From positions 1,568,001 through 1,632,000 of the forward strand of contig CAWGAA010000001.1 in assembly GCA_963820525.1 (NCBI GenBank): 64,000 nucleotides of DNA, read 5' to 3'. The DNA comes from an uncultured Spirochaetota bacterium (GTDB lineage: Bacteria; Spirochaetota; Spirochaetia; SZUA-6; Fen-1364). Below are positions 55,248 to 64,000 of the stretch, piece after piece; within the stretch, counting starts at the first letter, position 1; the number at the start of each line of letters is the position of its first letter. The notes beneath the pieces were generated by a model. The model was not told the DNA's origin. It ran no database searches and saw nothing but the letters and a program-made list of their open reading frames with translations. The position numbers and the translations under genes were made by a program.

Positions 55248-56975
55248 ATGCTGAAGCTTTTGAAATACCTGAAGCCCTACGCCCTGCCCGTGGGGCTGGT
55301 TTTGACCCTCGTTTTCCTCCAGGCCATGGCCAACCTGTACCTGCCCACCCTCATGTCCGGCATCGTTGACAGGGGAATCATGAGCGGGAATACGGCGTAC
55401 ATCCTGCGAATCGGCGCTTTCATGCTGGCGGTGGCCGGGGGAGGGATCCTCTGCTCGGTCATCGCAAGCTGGTTTTCGGCCCGCGCCGCCATGGGATTCG
55501 GAAGAGACCTCCGGGCGAAGGTCTTTTCGCACGTGGAGAGCTTCTCCCTGCACGAGTTCGACAGGATCGGGACTCCTTCCCTCATCACGCGGACCACCAA
55601 TGACATCACGCAGGTCCAGATGGTTACGCTGATGATGATGAGGATGTTCATCATGGCGCCCGTCATGGCGATCGGCGGCATCGTTTTGGCGCTCTCCGTG
55701 GACGCCGAGCTGTGGTGGACCCTCGTTGCCGTGGTGCCCGTCCTGGCCGGCATCATCGCGCTCCTCATGGGCATGGGACTGCCCCTGTTCAAGGCGATGC
55801 AGATCAAGATCGACAGGATCAACCTGGTGCTCCGCGAGAACCTCACCGGCATGCGGGTGATCCGGGCCTTCGACAGGATCGAAGACGAGAAGAGGCGTTT
55901 CGACGCCGCGAACCTCGACCTCACCCGCACCGCCATCACGGTCAACAAGCTCATGGCGATCATGTTTCCCGCCGCGATGCTCATCATCAACGTCGCAACG
56001 ATCGCCATCATCTGGTTCGGCGGGCTTCGCGTGGACGCGGGAAGGATGGAGGTGGGAAGCCTCATGGCGTTCGTGCAGTACGCCGCGCAGATCCTCTTCT
56101 CCCTACTCATGGTGTCCTTCATGTTCGTGATGATTCCCCGCGCCTCCGCTTCCGCGGCGAGGATCAACGAGGTCTTCGCCCTGGTGCCGGAGATCAGGGA
56201 CGCCAAGCGGCCGCGAAAGACGGACGGGCAGAGGGGCTACCTCGAGTTCCAGGGCGTCACCTTCAGCTACCCCGGCGCGGGGGAGCCCGCGATCAGCGAT
56301 ATCTCCTTCAGCGCCAGGCCGGGGGAGGTGACGGCGATCATCGGCGGCACGGGCGCCGGCAAGTCCACGCTGGTCAACCTCATCCCGCGGTTCTACGACG
56401 TGGACAGCGGCCGAATCCTGGTGGACGGGGTGGACATCCGCGAGATCTCCCAGGAAGACCTGCGCTCGAGGCTCGGCTTCGTTCCCCAGAGGGCGGTGCT
56501 CTTCAACGACACGATCGCCAACAACATCCGCTACGGGCGGGAAGACGCCACGGATGAAGAGGTGGCTCGCGCTTCGGAAACGGCCCAGGCCGCCGAGTTC
56601 ATCCTCGCCCTGAAGGAGGGCTACCAGCATCAGATCGCGCAGGGCGGCGGCAACGTCTCCGGCGGCCAGAAGCAGCGGCTGGCCATCGCGCGGGCGCTGG
56701 TAAGGAGGCCCGAGATCTACGTCTTCGACGACACGTTCTCGGCCCTCGACTTCAAGACGGACGCGAAGCTTCGCGCCGCGCTTCGAGAAGAGACGGCGGG
56801 CGCCACCGTGATCATCGTGGCGCAGAGAATCAACACGGTCATGGACGCGGACCGGATCATCGTTCTGGATGACGGCCGCATCGTGGGCATCGGCACCCAC
56901 AGGCAGCTCCTCGCCGCCTCGGATGTGTACCGCGAGATCGTATCTTCACAGCTCCCCGAGGAGGCCCTGGCATGA
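55248..56975 (+). CDS. Heterodimeric ABC exporter subunit, TMD+NBD (degenerate-site partner, TM287/EfrA-like)
   Basis: GGTGAGKST, VSGGQKQR, Walker B YVFDD (catalytic Glu replaced by Asp), switch VAQR (His replaced by Gln). Confidence 0.92.
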   Translation: MLKLLKYLKPYALPVGLVLTLVFLQAMANLYLPTLMSGIVDRGIMSGNTAYILRIGAFMLAVAGGGILCSVIASWFSARAAMGFGRDLRAKVFSHVESFSLHEFDRIGTPSLITRTTNDITQVQMVTLMMMRMFIMAPVMAIGGIVLALSVDAELWWTLVAVVPVLAGIIALLMGMGLPLFKAMQIKIDRINLVLRENLTGMRVIRAFDRIEDEKRRFDAANLDLTRTAITVNKLMAIMFPAAMLIINVATIAIIWFGGLRVDAGRMEVGSLMAFVQYAAQILFSLLMVSFMFVMIPRASASAARINEVFALVPEIRDAKRPRKTDGQRGYLEFQGVTFSYPGAGEPAISDISFSARPGEVTAIIGGTGAGKSTLVNLIPRFYDVDSGRILVDGVDIREISQEDLRSRLGFVPQRAVLFNDTIANNIRYGREDATDEEVARASETAQAAEFILALKEGYQHQIAQGGGNVSGGQKQRLAIARALVRRPEIYVFDDTFSALDFKTDAKLRAALREETAGATVIIVAQRINTVMDADRIIVLDDGRIVGIGTHRQLLAASDVYREIVSSQLPEEALA

Positions 56976-58924
56976 GCGACGGACGGAAACAGGACAGGTC
57001 GAAGGGCCCCATCGGATTCGGCGCCACCGGCAGGGGGCCGTTCGGACCGGGCCGCAGGGGCGGAGGCCCCATGGGCGGTCATGGATTCGGCATGCCCGCA
57101 GAGAAGCCCAAAAACTTCAGGAAGACCTTCAGCCGGCTCGTCGGATATCTGAAGCCCCGGCTGCCCCAGCTCATCGCCGTGTTCCTGCTGGCAATCTTGA
57201 GCACCGTGTTCTCCATACTCACTCCCAAGATCCTCGGCCAGGCGACGACGGAGCTCTTCAAGGGCCTCTCGGGAAAGCTCATGCACGTACCGGGGGCCAT
57301 GATCCATTTTGACCTCATCCTCCAGATCATCCTGAAGGTCGGGGCCCTGTACCTGGCGAGCTTCCTCTTCGGCTACATCCAGCAGTTCGTCATGGCGGGA
57401 GTGGCGCAGAAGACGGCCTACGACATGCGCCGCGACGTGAACGACAAGCTCTCCCAGCTGCCCCTGGCGTTTTTCGACTCGCGCACCCACGGAGAGATCA
57501 TGAGCCGCGTGACCAATGACCTGGACAATGTGGCGAGCACCCTCCAGCAGAGCCTCACCCAGATCATCACGTCGGTGGTCACGATCGCCGGGGTGCTCGT
57601 CATGATGCTCACGATAAGCCCCCTGCTCACCCTCATCACCGCCATGGTGGTGCCGCTCTCGTTCGTCATGACGGCCATCGTGATGCCCCGCTCCCAGAAA
57701 TATTTCGCCCAGCAGTGGGCAAGCCTGGGAGAGCTCAACGGCCACGTGGAGGAGATGTACGGGGGGCACGCCATCGTGAAGGCCTTCGGGCACGAAAGGA
57801 AATCCATCGAGAAGTTCGACGCCGTCAACGGCAGGCTCTACGAGGCAAGCTGGAAGGCGCAGTTCATCTCGGGGCTGCTCTTCCCGCTCATGAGCTTCAT
57901 CAACAACCTGGGCTACGTGGCGGTGTGCGTCGTGGGCGGAGTGCTCGTGACACGGCGCGCCATCCAGATCGGGGACGTGCAGGCCTTCATCCAGTACTCC
58001 CAGATGTTCACCCACCCCATCGCCCAGACCGCCAATATCGCCAACGTGCTGCAGAGCACCATGGCCTCGGCGGAGCGCGTCTTCGAGCTCCTCGATGAAA
58101 AGGAGGAGATTCCGGACGGCGCCGAGGCCCGGCTCATCTCACGGCCCCGGGGTGACGTTGCCTTCAGCGACGTGAGCTTCCGCTATAAGGAGGATGTTCC
58201 CCTCATCGATGAGATGAACATCGACGTGAAGCAGGGCCAGACCATCGCCATCGTCGGCCCCACGGGGGCGGGAAAAACCACGCTGGTGAACCTGCTCATG
58301 CGCTTCTACGAGATCCAGCGGGGAAAGATCACCGTGGACGGCGTGGACATCCGCGACATCAAGCGCGGAAACCTCCGGCGCGCATTCGGCATGGTGCTTC
58401 AGGACACGTGGCTGTTCAACGGCACCATCCGGGAGAACATCGCCTACGGAAAGGCCGGCGCCACCGAGGATGAGATCCGCCGCGCGGCAGTTGCCGCGCA
58501 CGCGGACCACTTCATCCGCACGCTTCCCGACGGCTACGACACCGTCTTGAACGAAGAGGCATCAAACATATCCCAGGGACAGAAGCAGCTTCTCACGATA
58601 GCGCGGGCCATTCTCGCGGACCCCGCGATTCTCATCCTCGACGAGGCGACTTCCAGCGTGGACACCCGCACCGAGCTTCAGATCCAGAAGGCCATGCTGG
58701 CCCTCATGCGGGGCGGCACGGCCGCCCGCCCCGCTGGCAGGACGAGCTTCGTCATCGCCCACAGGCTTTCCACGATCCGTGACGCGGAGCTGATCCTGGT
58801 CATGAACAACGGGCGCATCGTGGAAACGGGAACTCACAAGGAGCTTCTGGCCAGGGGCGGCTTCTACGCGGAGATGTACAACAGCCAGTTCACGGGAAGG
58901 GACCTCGTGGAGGAGGCCGTGTAG
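56972..58924 (+). CDS. Heterodimeric ABC exporter subunit, TMD+NBD (TM288/EfrB-like)
   Basis: GPTGAGKTT, ISQGQ, LILDEAT, IAHR; ATGA overlap. Confidence 0.92.
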   Translation: MSDGRKQDRSKGPIGFGATGRGPFGPGRRGGGPMGGHGFGMPAEKPKNFRKTFSRLVGYLKPRLPQLIAVFLLAILSTVFSILTPKILGQATTELFKGLSGKLMHVPGAMIHFDLILQIILKVGALYLASFLFGYIQQFVMAGVAQKTAYDMRRDVNDKLSQLPLAFFDSRTHGEIMSRVTNDLDNVASTLQQSLTQIITSVVTIAGVLVMMLTISPLLTLITAMVVPLSFVMTAIVMPRSQKYFAQQWASLGELNGHVEEMYGGHAIVKAFGHERKSIEKFDAVNGRLYEASWKAQFISGLLFPLMSFINNLGYVAVCVVGGVLVTRRAIQIGDVQAFIQYSQMFTHPIAQTANIANVLQSTMASAERVFELLDEKEEIPDGAEARLISRPRGDVAFSDVSFRYKEDVPLIDEMNIDVKQGQTIAIVGPTGAGKTTLVNLLMRFYEIQRGKITVDGVDIRDIKRGNLRRAFGMVLQDTWLFNGTIRENIAYGKAGATEDEIRRAAVAAHADHFIRTLPDGYDTVLNEEASNISQGQKQLLTIARAILADPAILILDEATSSVDTRTELQIQKAMLALMRGGTAARPAGRTSFVIAHRLSTIRDAELILVMNNGRIVETGTHKELLARGGFYAEMYNSQFTGRDLVEEAV

Positions 58925-58982
58925 GGCTGCCGGAACGCCCGCATCAGCTGCCTGCGGCGCTCCGGCGCGCGCGCGGGCCGGC

Positions 58983-61692
58983 TCACTTCGTGGGCAGGAT
59001 GAACACGCCGTCCCACGAGTTTGCGGGCGGCTTGGCCTTGTTCTCCTCGCACCGCTTGGCAAAGCGCTTGGCCGGGCCGTCCTCGGGCAGGAGCGCGAGC
59101 ACCTGGCCGAAAAGCTTCTCCGCTTTCTTCCATTCCCTGGTCTCGAAAGCCTCCAGCCCCAGGTGGAAGATGCCGACGGCCTCCTCCACGGACTTCTCCA
59201 CCTTTCCTTTTTCCTCGATGAGTTCGTAGAGGCGGACCGGCTTGTTGATCCCCACAACCCTCACGCGGTCGAGCTTGCGCACGAAGAAGCCGTCTCCGCA
59301 GGCCTCCCGGGTGATCTCGCTCATCATGGTCCAGGTGTCGTACTGCTTGTTCACCCCCTCCAGGCGGGAGGCGAGGTTCACGGCATTGCCCATGATGGTG
59401 TAGTCCATTTTCTTCGGCGTTCCCATGTTTCCAACGACCATATCGCCCGTGTTGATTCCGATGCGGGCGTGAAGCGTGGTGGGCGAGAGCTTCTCCGCCA
59501 GGAACCGCTCGTTGAGCGAGATCTCGGTCCTCTTCATCTGCACGGCAGCCAGGCAGGCGCGGCGGGCGTGGTCCGCGAGGTCCACCGGCGCTCCGAAGAA
59601 GGACATGATGGCGTCCCCCTCGTACTTGTCGATGGTGCCCTTCAGGTCGAGGATGATGTCGCTCATCGCGCTCAAGTAGAGATTGAGCAGGTGGACCAGC
59701 TCCGGCGCAGAAAGGACCTCGGAAATCGTGGAAAAGCCCCTCACGTCGGTGAACATGGCCGTGAGGTTCTTCTCCTGTCCCCCGAGGGTCACCTTCTCGG
59801 GATTCTGCAGGAGGTCATCGATGACTTCTGAAGAAAGGTAATGGGCGAAGGTGCTGCGCACGAAGCTTTTCTCCCTTTCGGTGCGGAGGAACTTCAGGGC
59901 GGTGAGGACGAGGAAAGTGAGAAACACCGATGCCACGGGGGAAAGGGTGTCGACGTAGATGCCCGTGAGGAGAAAGAGACCCAGGAACAAGCCGATGAGA
60001 ACAATCACGGTTCCGCCTCCCACCAGGATGGAGCGCAGCGCATCCAGCGAGAGGATGGCCAGGGTGACGGCGAACGAGAGGATCAGGGCAAGCACCGCCC
60101 CGTACCACCAGGGGAGCTGATTGAGGAACTGCCCCTGGAGGATCGTGTTCACGACCGAAGCGTGAGTGCCGACGTTCGCGTACTGGCCCTGGAAGGGGTT
60201 CACGCCGATATCCGTCGTGGAGGTCGCCGCGTTTCCAATGATGCAGAAGGACCCCGGCAGATCTTTCGAAAGGATCTGGCGGGTTTTCATCAGGTTGCCG
60301 TAGATTCCGCGGGTTTCCTCGAACATGTTCGCGACCTGGTCCCTCACCTCCTCCGCGTTCTTCCTGTCCGCCTCGGAAAGGCCCTTGCCGGCCAGCGTCT
60401 TTTCGACATCGGAAAGGATGCGTTTCTCGGTATCGCCTCCCAGGAAGGCTCCAACGGAATCGAAGAACCCGAGGCGGGCCTTCACGTAGTCATCCATGCG
60501 TGAAAGGTGCCCCGCCGGCGAGCATCTCTTTTTTCAGCTGCCGGCAGAAAGAGTAAACGTCCAGGAGATTCGTCTCTCCCGTGTCGTAGGCAAGGTAGCT
60601 GTACTGGTTCATGAGCGAAAGGTTGTAGAGCAGGTCGTTCTCCAGCTGTCCGTGGTAGACGAGCTCCCAGAAGGAGAGGTGGCGGAAGCTCTCCATGTAC
60701 GGCTTGTGGGACCAGTTGATGAGGAACATCCCGTCCGAGGCCAGGGGGATCGAGATATCCCGCCTGCCCTTTCCCGGCACCTGGGCGCCTTTCAGCAGGA
60801 TCCCGCCCCTCTGGAGCACGACCTCGGGATCTCCCAGCCACTGGAGGAGGGGCCGAAGCGCGAGCTGCGCGAAATACTTGCCCTGGTACGATCTGACAAG
60901 GTCGATCCTCCGGCGCACTCCATCGTCATCCACGTATACGTCGGGAAAGCCGGCCCCCCGCGCGCCCCGCAGGATGGGGAGGATGCTCGGCTCAAGCGCA
61001 ACGGCCTTTCGAACGGGATCGAAGCGGACCGTCGGATTCTTCAGGGACAGATTGTCCATGGCGTATTGGATAAGCTTCGCATCCGCGGCTTCGGTCCCCG
61101 TCTGGTCGAGGGCGCTCACCGTGAGGAACGTGGAGCCGAAGAAACGGGCCGCCTGACCCAGGTACTCGTCGTTGTCCCTTTCCACGCTGCGGACCGTCTC
61201 CAGCAGCTTCTCCTTGCCCTGGGCGGTGAGGCCGTCGAGGTCCGAGATGTATCTGCCCGAGTCCCTGAGCGGAATACTCCCCGTGCGGATCGCCTCGAAG
61301 AGGGCGTCGATGTTGGTGCGGATCTGGGAGAACTCCTGGTCGAAGGCGTCGGGAACCGTCCGCTGGAGGGTGAATGTATCGACTCCGCGCGGGCTTTTAT
61401 CCACGTATGTGATATCGAAGACTGCATAGGCAACGCCGAACTCGCGCATCAGAATAAGGCCGTCCGCCATGATGTCCCTGCTCCACGGCCAGACCCCGAC
61501 CCTTGATATCGCCACGTCTTCCACGTCCAGAAAGAGGATGGAGGGGCTCTCCGGAACCTCGGGCTTGACCCTCAGGAAGATGTCGTAGATCCGCTGCTCG
61601 AATCGGTTCGTGGCCCCGGTCGCTCCCAGGAGGACGAAGACAGCCACGATGACCGCGGGAACGATGAAATCCAGACGGTTTTTCGCGAACAT
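58983..61692 (-). pseudogene. CHASE2-domain class III adenylate/guanylate cyclase split by an apparent frameshift near 60510 (ORFs 60490..61692 and 58983..60497)
   Basis: GVWPWSR, VFDI, DDDGVRR in the first ORF; CHASE2 end (TDIGVNPF...THASVVNTIL), 3 TM, FTDVRGFS, DKYEGDAIM, DYTIMGNAVNLASRLE in the second. Confidence 0.85.
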
Positions 61693-61776
61693 GGAGGCCT
61701 CCGTTTCGAAATGAATTGCACAATGGCGGCTCCCGCAGTATACTCCAAAGCACATTTCTTCACAGGAGCGTCCGTC

Positions 61777-62244
61777 ATGAGAATCCAAAGGCTTTCCTCT
61801 GCCCTCGTGCTCGCGTTCTGTTTCATCGGCGCCTCTCCCCTCGCGGCCCAATCCAACCAGGCGGTGGACAGGCTTCTGGACGAGAAACAGGCGACGATCG
61901 CGGACGCCGGATACATCATCCTGGCCGCGTCGAACATCGTGACGGAGGACGCAAGCCCCGAACAGGTGATGGCCGCTCTGGCCGATGGAAAGCTCCTGGC
62001 TCCCGGCCGCACCGCGGAACAACCCATCACCCTGGGCGAGGTCTGCTACCTCGTCATGAAGACGACGGGGATGCAGGGCGGCCTCTTTTATTCATTGTTT
62101 CCCGGCCCCCGCTATGCGGCGCGGGAGATGGCATTCCTTCACATCGCAGCGGAAGGCAACACGCATCCCGGCCGAACCGTCTCCGGCCAGGAGGTCATGC
62201 ACATCCTCGGCGCCGCCCTCGACAGAAAGGCAGGCCGCACGTGA
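61777..62244 (+). CDS. Exported hypothetical protein
   Basis: AGGAG RBS, signal peptide ending PLAA-Q; GGLFYSLFPGPRYA motif. Confidence 0.75.
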   Translation: MRIQRLSSALVLAFCFIGASPLAAQSNQAVDRLLDEKQATIADAGYIILAASNIVTEDASPEQVMAALADGKLLAPGRTAEQPITLGEVCYLVMKTTGMQGGLFYSLFPGPRYAAREMAFLHIAAEGNTHPGRTVSGQEVMHILGAALDRKAGRT

Positions 62245-63620
62245 AAACCCGAATACCCCTCTCTCTTCTCCTCCTCGTGGTCCTTTCCACGGCCCCCGCG
62301 TTCCCCGGCAGCATCGACTTCGGGGGAAGCGTGCTCAACTCCTCTGGGCTGGGCAACTACCCCAACCCGGGCGCCGCCGGCGCGTCCGCCGCCTTTGCGC
62401 AGAGGAACGTCGGCAGCCTCTGGTTTCAGGCCGCGTTCGACGACTTTCTGCTCTTCAATGCCCAGATCGGCTCGGCCTTCACCACCTATGCCTACGGCAC
62501 CCCACCTCAGTTGTTCTACGTCGATGCCGATCTCTTCAACCTCCAGGGCACCTTCCCCACCCCCCAGGAGGGATTGGCCCTGTTCCGTTTCACTCTGGGG
62601 CGCGCGCCCTTCTCGGATTTCACGGGCCTGGTGCTGAATCACAAGGCTGACGGCTTTCTCTTCGAGTTTCAGTACCCCGACTCCGCCCTGACCTTCTCAG
62701 CCGCTTATACCGGGCTGGTCAGCAAGGGCGCCTCCACGATCACGCTCTCCAAGGCCGACATCGCCGACGTGTCCAATGCATCCGTCATCTTCGCCCCCCC
62801 TCGCCTGGTGGAGATGGTCAGCTTCAGCGTGTTTTCACTTTTGGGACAGAAGGTGACCCTTTCGGCGATCTTCCAGGAGGACATGCGGGACACGGTCCTC
62901 GATCTCGCCTCCCCCGGCACCTCGAATATCGTGACGGCGGGGAGCACAACGTTCGACGCAGCCAAGGGAGGGGGGGTGAATACCCAGTATGCCGGGCTCG
63001 GGATGTCAGGAACCATCGTGAGCGCCCTGTACTACGACGTATACTCGTACCTCGAAGCCCTTCAGGAGCTCGCTTTCAGCGGTGGAGCCTACAAGAGCAC
63101 GACAAGCTTCGGGCTGATGGCCGGAGGGAGCCTCAGATATTACGCAAATAACCTGCTTTTTTCGGTTTTCGGTGCTAGAATCATCTATGTGAGCGGCGAT
63201 CCGGCATCTACAACGACGTACGAGGGAAACGTTGGGCAGTTCTCGGCTTTCGCGCCGATCTCCCGGCCGACCTTGAGCTCCGTGTTCTCCCCCCAACTGA
63301 CCAATATCCTCCTCGCCGAAGCCAGCTATTCCCTGAAGCCGCTCTCGTTTCTCGGGTCCGATATCGCTTCCAGCGTCGAGGTGCGCATTCTGGCCGACGT
63401 ATACTTCCGCCCGACGCCCGGCGCCATCAGCGAGCCCGGCATTCCCGCGGGCAACACGGATCTCTACCTGGGAACGGAATCCGACGTGAGCGTGAACTTC
63501 AGGCCCCTCTCCGACGTGACGCTCTCGCTCTGGGGCGGGCTGTTCTTCCCCGGCGCCGCTTTCGGTCCATCACCCGCAATGCAGTACAAGTCGGGCCTGG
63601 ATATCGCCCTCGCATTCTAA
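62241..63620 (+). CDS. Putative outer-membrane beta-barrel protein
   Basis: GTGA overlap, signal peptide, alternating aromatic/Gly strands, C-terminal YKSGLDIALAF. Confidence 0.65.
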   Translation: MKTRIPLSLLLLVVLSTAPAFPGSIDFGGSVLNSSGLGNYPNPGAAGASAAFAQRNVGSLWFQAAFDDFLLFNAQIGSAFTTYAYGTPPQLFYVDADLFNLQGTFPTPQEGLALFRFTLGRAPFSDFTGLVLNHKADGFLFEFQYPDSALTFSAAYTGLVSKGASTITLSKADIADVSNASVIFAPPRLVEMVSFSVFSLLGQKVTLSAIFQEDMRDTVLDLASPGTSNIVTAGSTTFDAAKGGGVNTQYAGLGMSGTIVSALYYDVYSYLEALQELAFSGGAYKSTTSFGLMAGGSLRYYANNLLFSVFGARIIYVSGDPASTTTYEGNVGQFSAFAPISRPTLSSVFSPQLTNILLAEASYSLKPLSFLGSDIASSVEVRILADVYFRPTPGAISEPGIPAGNTDLYLGTESDVSVNFRPLSDVTLSLWGGLFFPGAAFGPSPAMQYKSGLDIALAF

Positions 63621-63630
63621 GGAGGTGACA

Positions 63631-64000
63631 ATGAAAAGAGTAGCGCTCCTTTGCATATGCTTGATGGCGGCCTCCGCCGTTTCGATTTCGGCTCAGCTTA
63701 GGGCCGTCGTTCAGGAAGTCAGCGGCAAGGTCGAAGTGAAGGCGCCCAACGCGGACTGGACCCCGGCGGCAGTCGACATGGTCTTGAGCGACGGCACGGT
63801 GGTCTCCACGGGATTCGGCTCCCGCGCGGTTCTCCAGATCGGGCTCACCCGCGTCACCGTAAGCCCCCTCACGCGGCTCCAGGTGGAACAGATCCTGAAA
63901 CGGGAAAGCACGAACTCCGCCAACCTCACCCTGCGGGTGGGAAAGGTCAATGCGCAGGTCAAATCCGCCGGAGGGGAGCGCAGCGAGTTCACCCTGAAGG
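63631..64000 (+). CDS. Exported FecR-domain protein (truncated by window end; not in the ORF track)
   Basis: AAGGAGGT RBS; MKRVALLCICLMAASAVSISAQLRAVVQEVSGKVEV...GTVVSTGFGSRAVL...LTLRVGKVNAQV. Confidence 0.8.
   Translation, partial: MKRVALLCICLMAASAVSISAQLRAVVQEVSGKVEVKAPNADWTPAAVDMVLSDGTVVSTGFGSRAVLQIGLTRVTVSPLTRLQVEQILKRESTNSANLTLRVGKVNAQVKSAGGERSEFTLK

Noticed and set aside
55248..56975. Inactivated ABC ATPase (Walker B DD, switch Gln)
   Set aside because: This is the normal degenerate site of heterodimeric exporters; the partner carries the consensus residues

Overview
A GC-rich, gene-dense bacterial chromosomal segment with about 55 genes. Gene content suggests a member of Spirochaetota (inference): tandem-cNMP/TPR Crp-like proteins, a fused pyrBI, long ackA, and a cysS-ECF sigma operon. 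Housekeeping and metabolic genes include pepT, alr, tpx, cysS, murB, ackA, ispH, pyrBI, pyrC, gapN, a GH9, sugar and multidrug ABC transporters, alpha-2-macroglobulin + pbpC, an XPB helicase and its partner, and tRNA-Cys. I saw no transposase, integrase, prophage, CRISPR array or rRNA. Signals not explained by the ORF track: (1) three small Cys/His-rich proteins under 60 aa; (2) two apparent single-base frameshifts, one fusing a DHOD-like gene in frame to a B12 radical SAM gene and one splitting a CHASE2 adenylate cyclase; (3) a cysS-coupled ECF sigma/ZAS anti-sigma operon ending in a transglutaminase-like protein with Ala at the catalytic Cys position; (4) a CHASE2 cyclase / beta-barrel / FecR locus plus two Crp-like paralogues; (5) five genes that look leaderless; (6) a CDS ending antisense inside tRNA-Cys; (7) REP-like hairpin repeats and operator-like arrays. 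All calls come from reading motifs by eye; no database search was run.
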